Positions 51,501 through 62,378 of a stretch of DNA of 64,000 nt are shown here, one piece after another. The notes under the pieces were generated by a model. It did no database searches, was not told the origin of the DNA, and saw only the letters and a program-made list of their open reading frames with translations. The position numbers were made by a program, and so were the translations under genes. The stretch is from positions 1 to 64,000 of the forward strand of contig NIVC01000509.1 of NCBI GenBank assembly GCA_002269645.1, written 5' to 3'. Every line of letters begins with the position of its first letter. The first letter of the stretch is position 1. Source of the DNA: Macrostomum lignano. Taxonomy: Eukaryota.

Positions 51501-53506
51501 TAGAAAACTCAGAGATTATGTAGTCTTTCATAGAAAACTCGGTGATTATGTAGTCTTTCATAGAAAACTTGGTGATTATGTAGTCTTTCATAGAAAACTC
51601 GGTGATTATGTAGTCTTTCATAGAAAACTCAGTGATTATGTAGTCTTTCATAGAAAACTCCGTGATTATGTAGTCTTTCATAGAAAACTCGGTGATTGTG
51701 TAGTCTTTCATAGAAAACTCAGAGATTATGTAGTCTTTCCTAGAAAACTCAGAGATTATGTAGTCTTTCATAGAAAACTCGGTGATTATGTAGTCTTTCA
51801 TAGAAAACTCAGAGATTATGTAGTCTTTCATAGAAAACTCAGAGATTATGTAGTCTTTCATAGAAAACTCAGTGATTATGTAGTCTTTCATAGAAAACTC
51901 GGTGATTATGTAGTCTTTCATAGAAAACTCGGTGATTATGTAGTCTTTCATAGAAAACTCAGTGATTATGCAGTCTTTCATAGAAAACTCGGTGATTATG
52001 TAGTCTTTCATAGAAAACTCAGAGATTATGTAGTCTTTCATAGAAAACTCAGAGATTATGTAGTCTTTCATAGAAAACTCGGTGATTATGTAGTCTTTCA
52101 TAGAAAACTCAGTGATTATGTACTCTTTCATAGAAAACTCAGAGATTATGTAGTCTTTCATAGAAAACTCAGAGATTATGTAGTCTTTCATAGAAAACTC
52201 GGTGATTATGTAGTCTTTCATAGAAAACTCGGTGATTATGTAGTCTTTCATAGAAAACTCGGTGATTATGTAGTCTTTCATAGAAAACTCAGTGATTATG
52301 CAGTCTTTCATAGAAAACTCGGTGATTATGTAGTCTTTCATAGAAAACTCAGAGATTATGTAGTCTTTCATAGAAAACTCAGTGATTGTGTAGTCTTTCA
52401 TAGAAAACTCAGTGATTATGTAGTCTTTCATAGAAAACTCAGTGATTATGTAGTCTTTCATAGAAAACTCGGTGATTATGTAGTCTTTCATAGAAAACTC
52501 AGTGATTGTGTAGTCTTTCATAGAAAACTCAGTGATTATGTAGTCTTTCATAGAAAACTCAGTGATTATGTAGTCTTTCATAGAAAACTCAGTGATTGTG
52601 TAGTCTTTCCTAGAAAACTCGATGATCGCGTAGTCTTTCTTAAATTAAAAAAACGAATAACCAAAATTTTACTTCTAAAAATTAAGTGTTTTTCCTTTCC
52701 TTTAAACATGGAACTGCCTGGGTCAGTTTTAAATTTTTGAGAAAAAGATTCCTTCACTCAGATTTTGTTTTTCAACGTCCCTCTCGAACGCAGAGAACGC
52801 AGTGGACCCAGGCCACCAGAAGCTGGCCAAGAACATCTGGTACATGTTCATTCACGTGTTCGACTATCTGCCAACTGTGTGCGTTGTGGAGAAAAAGTTC
52901 ATGTGCGTCCACGGCGGCATCAGCCCCTACCTGGCCTACTGCCAAACCTGCATGCGCAACGGCGACCCGCTGAAAGTGCTGGACACCTGCACCAAGCACA
53001 AGAATGCCAACCCAGTCGACCAGCTGATCTCCACCATCAACTTCAAGGTGCGCACGCCGGTTCAAGTTGGCAAGAACTACGTGCAACCGTCCGACATTCC
53101 GAAGATCACCAAGATGAAGGATCTGGACAAGTACACGAGCCTCTTTGCTGACCTGATCTGGTCGGATCCGAAGTCTTTTGGCGGCGCGCACATGAGCCCG
53201 AAGGACGCCAACTGGATGTCGTTGAAAGGCTGGACGGAGAACAAAGCCAGACAAATTTCGTTCGAGTTCGGCACAGACGTCATCGAGAAGTTCATCACAC
53301 AGTTCAGCTTGACCACTCTGGTCCGCGGTCACGAGCCGAAGGTGCAGGGCTACGAGTGGCACTACATGAAGCGCTGCATCACCGTGTTCAGCGCACCCAA
53401 CTACACGAAGAGCAATGATGCTGCGATCGCTATGATCACGGAGAAGAAGGAGGGCAACACAAGGAAACTGCGACTGGATCCGATCCAGCTGGTGAAGACC
53501 GGCTAG
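48512..53506 (+). CDS. Divergent PPP-family Ser/Thr phosphatase (PP1-like catalytic core); exons 48512-48777, 49107-49501, 52794-53506
   Basis: TDIHG, GDMVDRG, GNHE, HGG, DLIWSDP, RGHE and SAPNY motifs; phases consistent across GT-AG junctions. Confidence 0.9.
49687..52640. repeat. 30-bp minisatellite (AG(A/T)GATTATGTAGTCTTTCATAGAAAACTC), about 98 copies, in phosphatase intron 2
   Basis: Near-perfect 30-bp period over about 2.95 kb. Confidence 0.98.
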
Positions 53507-53755
53507 GCTTGAGCAGCAGATTTAGCCAGGCACAGAATTTTTGTCAGAGCGGCTTTAAAAACGGCTACAGAAAAAACTTTTATTTTGTTTTCTGCACACA
53601 TTGAAAAAATAATAAAAGTGAGCTACCCGGAGACTGACCAGAGCTCAAATTTGCTTCAAGTTTGACATGAAGTTTTTATAAAAGGTGTGCTTTCTTGAGA
53701 ACCATATTTAGCAGATTATATCATCACATTCTTGCCAAACATACCACCCCTAAGC

Positions 53756-54289
53756 CAGGGTTGAGTAAACTTTTTTAGCTTGAGAAGATAGGGAATAGGG
53801 AAGAAAAGAGGAAAAGAGAGATCAGAGAGGAGAGGGGAGGGAGGAGGGGCGAGAGGAGAGGGAGAGGAAGGAAGAGAGAGAAGAGGGGAGAGGGGAGAGG
53901 GGAAATGAGAGAGGAGGGGAGAGAGGAGAGGGGAGAGGAGGGGAAAGTGGAGAGACGGTAGAGGATTGGAGATAAGAGATGGGAGGGGGAGGAGGGCAAA
54001 GGCGAGGAGAGGGGAGATGAGAGAGGAGGGGAGACGTGAGAGGGGTGAGGGAAGAGGGGGATGAGAAAGGAGGGGAGAGGAGGGGAAAAAGGAGGGACGG
54101 TAGAGGATGGGAGATACGAGAGGGGAGGGAGAGGAGGGCAGAGAGGCGAGGAGAGGAGGAGAGAAGAGAGCTCAGAAGAGGCAAACCCTGAGCGGGCCGG
54201 ATTGCTATTGTGAAGTTTCAAAAGACCCGAGGGCCGGAGAGGCCTCGCGAGCTGCATGTGGCACACAGGCCGCAGTTTGCCGACCCCCG
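53756..54289. mobile_element. hAT (Charlie-like) MITE with GA-rich internal filler
   Basis: Degenerate TIRs CAGGGTTGAGTAAAC / GTTTGCCGACCCCCG; exact 8-bp TSD CCCTAAGC at 53748-53755 and 54290-54297. Confidence 0.85.
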
Positions 54290-54729
54290 CCCTAAGCTCT
54301 TCATCAGCCTACATGAATCAGTATTGTGACACGTGAGAACCTGCACCTGTCGCAGCCACTTGGCTGTATTGGAAATTTCTTTTTTCAAACTTATCCTATT
54401 TAGCACCTGTTGACGGAGCCTGTTGTTCAATGGAATACCAGACAGTGTGCCATTAGCAAACACGGCCGGAGCTGCAGTCTTGAACCAATACCAATAGAGT
54501 TGAGGACTGCTCGTTCTAAACTCTTTAGCTGTTGCTAAGGCAGACAAGTCTCTAACACAATTTATATAAAGAACCCCACTGGTATTTGCTAGCACCGACT
54601 GCTCGCTCAGGAAACCAGGTAGTGCTTAGTTTCTTCGCACATCTGACACCACGGGTCATTCTGCTGCTTTGCAACAGGAGAACTTTGAGAAACTAAAAAA
54701 GCAACAGCAATAAGCTTACAAGAGCCAAT

Positions 54730-55673
54730 ATGGATTCGGAAGCCGCTGTACGCATCGCGCTGACGGCGGCGCTGTCGTTGGCGCTGCTCTTCGACGCGCT
54801 GTTCCTCGCGTTCAGCTTTCGCACCAAGATCGGCACCAGACTGTGCACTCTGCTGTTGCGCAGTCAGACTGTCATTGACTGCTCCCTGATGCTGGTCAAT
54901 CTGGTTGCTATCCAGTACTTTCCGCTGCTGCCGCCGCCGTCGCAGAGCCTCCCAGACTGGCTGTGGCTGCTCTACTGCAAGCTCATCAGGAGTCAGGCTT
55001 TGCACTTTTCCCTGGTCAGCATGAGCGTCTACAACCTCGTGTGCATCTCCATCGAGCGGTGCTGCTGCCTGTGCGCTCCGTTCTGGTACCGACGGCGCAA
55101 GTCGCAGCTGCTTTGGGCCTTCATCGTTCTTGTGCTCGCCTCGCCTTCATTCGTTGAGTTTCCGTTCTGCTGGATTGTGACGTCATTCGACAAGACCCCG
55201 ATTGAGAACGGAACCACCGTTGAGAAGTCGTGCGAGGTGATCTACTCACAGCACGACCCGATGATGCTGAAGGCATTCGGCATCGCCTACGTGTTCCTGT
55301 TCTGGGCGCTGCCGTCAGTGCTGTCGGTGGTTCTCTACCTGCTCATTGTGCGCGTCCTTCGTCAGTCGTCCGCGCTGAGAGCCGCCTCGTCCGCAGCTGC
55401 CCGCCGTCCGACACCAAGAAGCTGAGCGATCGCGGAACCCGGAGACTGACGCTGATGACGGGAGTGACGAGCGCCGCTTTCGTCCTGCTGTTCGGCATGG
55501 ACTCGGTGAACTACTTCCTGCTGTGCATCGGGTTTCCCGTCGAGAAAAACGGCTTCATCGACAGTTTGGACTCGTTCCTGCTGAACCTGAACAGCGCCAT
55601 CAACCCTCTGGTTTACCTCGCGTTCATGCCGGAGTTTCGCAGCTTCATCTCCTGCTCAGGGGCCAGGAATTGA
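54730..55673 (+). pseudogene. GPCR copy B, near-identical to copy A, with a 1-bp deletion at about 55400 (pseudogene or assembly indel)
   Basis: GCTGCCCGCCG versus GCTGCCCCGCCG in copy A; the downstream frame continues to NSAINPLVY and TGA 55671-55673. Confidence 0.8.
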
Positions 55674-56160
55674 AATAATTACCTGATTATTACTGGAGCA
55701 ACAATGTACAGGTATTGTTTGTGTTGTGGGATACGTCACAGTACCCTATCTCTGTCTTGTGTGTGGTCTTTGCCTACCAACTCTGCAACATCGATCCTGC
55801 ATTAGATAGATGCACTTGGCTTTTCCAACAGATTGATTTAATTCTTAGCTACTTTTAGTGCCAGCTCGCGATCCATCATATTTCGCCATTACGCTCGTAT
55901 ATTTGTGATGAAACAAAATAACTTCAGAAAACGCTGCTTTTAACTGGGAAAGGGCGTAGCCCAACAAAAACAACGACAAGAGCGTGTAAAAGAGTTGAAA
56001 CATGGCAAACGAAACTCAATACACCTGTTGCTGAGAGCAAAGCTTGTTGTCACAGTCAAACAAGTTCCAGTAGAATGAAACTACAAGTCACTGGGAAAAT
56101 ATTATATAAAGTCGTGCAGCGTTGTCAAGCTGCCTGCCACTCCAGGTGGACGCTTCAGTC

Positions 56161-57150
56161 ATGGACGTAGACGGCACGCTTCGGGCCGCCCTGACAGTGG
56201 TGCTGTCGCTGGGCCTGGCCTTGGACGCCATCTTTCTATTATTTAGCTTCAAGCACAAGATCGGCACCAGACTGTGCACTCTGATGCTGCGCAGTCAGAC
56301 CGTAATTGACTCGCTACTGATGTCTGTCAACCTGCTGAACATCCAGTACTTCAAACTGTTGCCGGTGCCAGCCCAGTCGCTACCGGATTCCATCTGGTTT
56401 GCCTACTGCAAGCTGGTGCACAGCGAGATGCTCCACTGGTCCCTGGTCAGCATGAGCGTCTACAACCTTGTGTGCATCTCCATCGAGCGCTGCGCTCCGT
56501 TCTGGTACCGACGGCGCAAGTCGCAGCTGCTCAAACTGTTCTGCTTCGTGGTGTTGGCATCGCCATGCGTTGTCGAAATTCCTTTCTGTTGGATTTTCAC
56601 CAACCTGCGGACTCGGCCGGCGAATCCTAACGGAACATTGTTGGAGAAGTACTGCGAGAAGAACTTTGACGATGAACAGCTGATGAAGTCGTTTGGCATT
56701 TCTTATGTGATCATCTTCTGGATCTTTCCATCCGCTCTGTCGGTGAGCCTGTACCTGTTGATCGTGCGCAGCATCCGCCAGTCGCTGTCGGTTGCTCAGA
56801 GCACCTCCAGCGAGAATAAAGTGATGGCGGTGACCCGGCGCCTCACACTGATGACTGGCATCACCAGCGCCGCTTTTGTGCTGCTTTTTGCCATGGACTC
56901 TATCGGCTACTTCCTGCTTTGTCTGGGATTCGAGCTGGACAACCTGTATTTGTTGGAGCGCGTGGACTCGTTTCTTCTGAATCTGAATAGCGCCATCAAT
57001 CCGCTGGTCTATCTCATCTTCATGCCGGAGTTCCGACGCTTCATCGGCTCTGCTGCCAACTCAATTTGCTTCTGCTGCGGCTCCTTTCGGCGAGGTCCGG
57101 GAGAAGATTCCGACCGCAGCGTTGAGAACGGGCGACGGGCGAGCAAGTAA
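56161..57150 (+). CDS. Intronless class A GPCR, diverged paralog C
   Basis: Same family as A and B (KIGTRLCTL, SIERC, NSAINPLVY); ATG at 56161. Confidence 0.88.
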   Translation: MDVDGTLRAALTVVLSLGLALDAIFLLFSFKHKIGTRLCTLMLRSQTVIDSLLMSVNLLNIQYFKLLPVPAQSLPDSIWFAYCKLVHSEMLHWSLVSMSVYNLVCISIERCAPFWYRRRKSQLLKLFCFVVLASPCVVEIPFCWIFTNLRTRPANPNGTLLEKYCEKNFDDEQLMKSFGISYVIIFWIFPSALSVSLYLLIVRSIRQSLSVAQSTSSENKVMAVTRRLTLMTGITSAAFVLLFAMDSIGYFLLCLGFELDNLYLLERVDSFLLNLNSAINPLVYLIFMPEFRRFIGSAANSICFCCGSFRRGPGEDSDRSVENGRRASK

Positions 57151-58850
57151 TGACGTCATTCGGTGGTGATAATAACGCTTGAAGCGATCGAAACCCACGC
57201 ACACTTGATATTAGTTTTATAGTTTTGTTGTCTTCACTTTATTACTGAGTGACTAATTACTAATAGCTATAAATAAGACATCGATCAACAGCCAGCGTTG
57301 AGGCAATTCTGCCCATTCCACTGACTTCTGAGCCCATGCAAGGTCGCTCGCTCACACAGGGCGTTTTTCGACATTCGACTTTTCGACATTATCATCGTCG
57401 GGGCGTGTACACCCTCTGTGCCATGGGGGTGGACCCTCATGGCTGTGAATGGCCCGACAACCTATTCCCCAGTCAACTTTTCTGGCACAAGCCCCAAATG
57501 AATGTTACTCTGATCCCTTAAAGCATACGAACAATGTCATCCATATTGACTTTTGAATGTCAAACGGAGAGGCGGACTAATGTAATGAAGCTGACTATGG
57601 ACACTAAAAATGCAGTTTTCTTGCACTACCTACTTAGATAATTAGAAAGTGAAATACACGGCACAAACTATGGACTATACAGATTAACCTACAGATATGA
57701 CAGTTCATGCCTCATTTTTTATCTGTGGCACAAAACTCACTGACAACGGAAGCCTGAGAACCTAGCCAGAGGCGAGTACTCGTAGCTGTATTTTTTAACT
57801 GAAACTGCACATGAAAGAGAAATTTTCAATGAATTTACACTCTGAGAAATACACTCAAAATCATCTAAAGACGATATCAACCGTGTTGTTCTCACAGGTA
57901 ATGGAGACCAGCATATTTTTCTTCGGAACTGATAGAACCACAGAATTTACCCAGAATGCTCAATCAGCGATTTAAACAAATTAAACTGTGTAGAGATGCG
58001 TATAAACTGCTAATCCAGTGAAGAAACATAAGTAGCCATAGAATTTGGATGTTTGGTTTTGCTGCAGTGAAGTATGCCTTCTGCAAAATCGCGAACACAG
58101 TGTGCTGCCCATAGCTGTCCAAATTATTCCTATCGTTGCCCACCAGAAAGTTCTGAGGATAGAAGATAGGATAGAGGATAGAAAATAGTAATATATTTGC
58201 CTATTATAATTCTGTGTATATGGGAAATCCCAATTTAGACGATGCGTTCTCCATCGAGGCTTCTCCACGGCTAGCTCAAACACTCCCGATCATCAGGGCC
58301 GGGCCTCCAGCTGCCTCAGTTAGAGTAGAAAATGACGGTGTGCCTGCTAAATTAAAGGGTGGTGACAGCCTCCGCAGGACCAGAAAAAAGTCAGCTTAGC
58401 AGGCGGAAGGAGCCTCGCATAGAGCCTCGACATCCGGCCCGAACCTTAAAACCCTTCCAGTGAAGGCGGGTAATCTGTCACCAGCGGCCTGAGACGGCGC
58501 CAGCTTCTATCCGGCCCCCGAATCTACCATTACACGAAGTCTTTGAATCCCAGTCTAAGCACTAATCCCTCAGTTTTTCACCCGGGATTTACGGTAATTA
58601 CACGGTATTCACAGTTATCCTACGGTATTCACAGTTATCACATGGTATTCATGGCCTAAAGACTGCATAAATAAGTTACATGTACGCTCGTAGATGCAGA
58701 GGAATTCTCGCTAATTTCGAAGGTCCATTAAACGCCTCTCTTTGAATAAATTTTCTCATTAGGCCTTTTCGCAATTTAATTTTTTCAATCTGCAGAACAT
58801 TTCGACAATTAGTTCTTTCTAAACATGAGCTAAATTTAGATCATACCGTA

Positions 58851-61800
58851 GGCACGAGCTCATGGTTGCCGGCGACATCAACGCCCACCACACTCACTGG
58901 GGCAGCACTGGCATTAATCAGAGAGGCGAAGACCTCCTAGCCTACGTTGCCTCTACGACCCTCGAGTTCTGCAACTCTGGGTCCACCCCTACCTTTGACA
59001 ACGGACGGTGGTCGGAGGTGATCGACGCTACGCTCGCAACGCCCAGACTCTACCAGAGTATTGGGGCGTGGCGGGTGCTTCCAGTGTCCTCACTATCGGA
59101 TCACAAGTTCATCTCCTTCAACCTAATGGCCGCGCGTAGCGCAACTCGTGTTATGTGGAGACGGAACGCCAGAAATACTGATTGGGAAACCTTCGGGCTC
59201 GCCCTGAAGGAATTCCATCGGTCTCCTGGCCAACCATTCACGATCACGTCGTGCCGAGAGGCGGATGAGTGCGCGACTGTTTTGACAGAGACGCTAACCG
59301 CCGCCTTTGAGGCGTCCTGCCCTTTAAAAGCCTATAAAGGGAAAAAATCGGCGCCGTGGTGGAATCCCGAGCTCGGCAACCTCCGTCGCAGGGCTAAGAG
59401 ACTCCACCGCAGAGCAACTAAAACTAAGAGCCCTGCAGACCAAACCGCCTATCATGAAGCAATTCATGAGTTTAAAAGGCAGGTTAGGAATGCAAAGGCT
59501 CAAAAATGGCGACAATACTGTGAGGAGCTAGAGGGCTCACGCCCCACCTCCAGAGTTGTGAAAGCGCTCACGCTGGACAAAATGTCTAAGCTCTCCTCGG
59601 TCAAACGCACCGACGGTACGTCCACGGACAACCCAGGGGAAACGCTTGATGTAATGCTCACTGCGTTTTTCCCTAACGAGCCAGCTAACCAGACCACTCC
59701 GGATCACTCGGAGGGAGGTCACGCGCTGGCTGCATCTATCATCACGGAGGACCGCATTGTGAGAGCGGCAAATTCCTTCAAGCCTTTCAAAGCCCCAGGA
59801 CCCGACGGCATTGTACCGGCCCTTCTGAGAGAGGCGGTTAAATGCCCAGGCTTCCTGCGCAAACTTTGCAGCCTTCTTCGGGCATGCATCACGCTTGGTT
59901 ATGTCCCGCAGGCATGGACCGAGGCAAAGGTGATCTTTATCCCTAAGCCAGGCCGCCCGGACTACCATTCTATCAAATCCTTCAGACCGATCAGCTTGAC
60001 CTCCTCCCTGGTCAAGCTGATGGAGAGACTGGTGCTTTGGCGCCTTCTCTCTGTTGAGCTGAAGAACAAACCTCTCAGCGAGAACCAGCACGCTTTTCGG
60101 GCGGGTCGCTCCACTGAAAGCGCGCTGCACGTCCTGGTCGATAAACTCGAGAAGGCCGTGCTTGGTAGTGGCTTTGCTCTGGGGATCTTCCTGGACATCA
60201 TTGGCGCCTTCGATAACGTCCTCTTTGAGGCGTTCCGAAGAGCTCTTTGTGAGAGGCTAACGCACTCACATCTCACCAGATGGATCATGTACATGATCAG
60301 CCATCGCACGGCCACCGCCAGTCTGCTGGGCTACCAGAGGACGGTCCCCGTCTGCAAAGGTAGCCCGCAAGGTGGGGTGCTGTCTCCAGTTCTCTGGAAT
60401 ATGGTCATCGATGAGCTCCTCCGGGATGTTCGGCCTGACCCCATTCTGAAAGTTGGATATGCGGACGATGTCACCGCGGTGGCATCTGGTCCGTCCCCTG
60501 ATACCCTCAGGGACCTTCTTCAGAACTTCATCTACGCTGCTGAGCAATGGGCGGACCGCTGTGGTTTAAGGCTCTCTGAGACTAAGACCGCAGCGATCAT
60601 GTTCACCAGCAGGACCAAGTGGCAGATTCGGCCGCTCACGCTTTACGGAAGGGAAATCCCCTTCTGCAAGCAGACTAAATGTCTGGGTATTACCCTGGAC
60701 CACAGGCTGAACTGGTCTCCCCACGTTCAAACAAAAGCCAAAAAGGCCTTCGCAGTCCTCGCGCAATTGCGCAGGGCCGTCGGCACCACCTGGGGGCTCA
60801 CCCCAAGCGCCTCTGGTGGATCTACACTGCAATGGTTAGGCCCGCTATCTCGTATGGCGGCCTGATCTGGGCTAGCGCCCTGCAGATAAAGACCTGTCTA
60901 GAGGCTCTCAGGAGAGCGCAAGGGCGCGCTTGTCGCACGATCATGAGCGCCCCTCCGTCTGCTCCTTACGATGGCCTCAACGCCTTCCTCAACATTCCTC
61001 CGCTGGACATCTTTGTCCGCAGGGAAGCGGCTAAGACTGCCCGCCGTCTAGCTGACGCTGGCATTCGAATCCAGCCCCATAGGGCCATGGCTAAGCGCAA
61101 GCTTCTGCCCCACGCTGACCTCTGCCTCAAGGACTTGAGAGACAGCGGCGGGCTCCACGTCCTATCTGACGGCGAACCCCGCACTCTCAACCTCTTTCAG
61201 CGCTACAAGGTCACCATCCCCTCTAGGGATGCTGCCAATGACCACTGGAATTTCCAGGAGGTCCATTGCTACACGGACGGATCCATCAAAGACGGTCGCG
61301 CCGGCTTTGGGGTCTGCATCATCATCAACGGCCGCGTAATTGCCACGCATGCCCAGCACACTGGTAGACTCTCCACAGTCTTCCAGAACGAAGTCCTTGC
61401 CATCAGCTCTTGCGCTGCAGAGCTAAACGCCAAGGTTACGAGAGGAAAGACTATTGTCATCCACTCCGACAGCCAAGCGGCCTTACAGGCCCTTTGCCAC
61501 ACCACAACGAACTCCCGGACAGTCGCCGACTGCGCCCGGCAGCTCAACCTCCTGGCCAGAAGCAATACTGTCAGGCTGAAGTGGATCCCAGGGCACGCAG
61601 GGTTTCCGGGGAACGAGCTGGCAGACACCCTCGCCAAGAGGGGCGGCTCTGGCTCTTTTTTCGGCCCTGCCCCCCTGGTCCCTATGCCCTTGACAGTCAT
61701 CAATCGTCAGATCGACGACTGGGCTGACTCCCTCCACAGGGACAGATGGGCGGGCACCCAAAACTGCCGGCAATCTCGTGCCGCGGTTCCTTGCCCGTCT

Positions 61801-62262
61801 CACAGGCTCAGAAACATCCTTCTGAACCAGAATCGGAAGGATATTCGAGCCCTTGTCATGACCCTTACCGGCCATGGCTACCTCGCCAGGCACTGCTTCC
61901 TCCGAGGCGACCTCGAGAGCGAAATTTGCCCCTTTTGCGAGTGCGACAATGAAGATGCTCAGCACTTTGTCTGTCACTGCCCTTTCTTTAACAGAGACCG
62001 GCTACGCTACCTCGGGCCGAACCCGTCCATTGACGAGGTTTGCCAGCCCGACAGCATCCCACGGCTCATCCAGTTCCTTCGGGCGACTAGACGAGCCAGT
62101 TTCTTCCCAACGGAAGATCACGCTGCAGGACGGACCGGCGGACCACCCTGACCGGCCCCACGCCTCTGCCTGTCTGCGGGCCTTCAGGGGCTAGCGGAAT
62201 GGGCGACCCTCGCCTCCCCGCTGTGTCTACGGACCACCCTGCAGCTAAGTCAAGTAAGTCAA
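58851..62262 (+). mobile_element. 5'-truncated non-LTR retrotransposon with APE (partial), RT, RNase H and C-terminal CCHC (LOA/R1/I-group-like); one frameshift at about 60803
   Basis: GDINAHH (APE); QGGVLSP and YADD (RT); YTDGS, DSQAA and WIPGHAGFPGNELAD (RNase H); CPFC..EDAQHFVCHC; tail TAAGTCAAGTAAGTCAA. Confidence 0.95.
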
Positions 62263-62378
62263 GGCAGATGCACAGATACAGCTGCTGTAAGTAGTATCTG
62301 TGGCTTGGGGAGACCGACAATTGACCGCAAAATTTGATCGCCCTATTTTCTGCGGCGACTGTTGGTCGTTCTTTAAAA
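62263..62378 (-). other. Putative host exon interrupted by the LINE (remaining 4 nt plus donor at 58841-58850)
   Basis: Acceptor ATTTACAG at 62379-62386. Removing the LINE restores ...GCATCTGCCTACG|GTATGA and a 120-nt exon with two open frames. Confidence 0.5.

Noticed and set aside
49624-52581. 985-aa (MKDYIITEFS)n ORF on the minus strand
   Set aside because: By-product of a 30-bp repeat whose unit lacks a stop in one frame. It lies antisense within a phosphatase intron, has an in-frame stop just upstream and no unique domain.
33540-52640. Repeat arrays as CRISPR
   Set aside because: Head-to-tail units with no unique spacers, no cas genes, and a eukaryotic context.
58130-58157. LSGGQR resembling an ABC signature (minus strand)
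   Set aside because: Immediately followed by stops, with no Walker A or B context.
62150-62240. HDV-like ribozyme in the LINE 3' UTR (GGAATGGGCG)
   Set aside because: P1.1 GG and the P3/L3 pattern could not be fitted; such ribozymes are normally at 5' ends.
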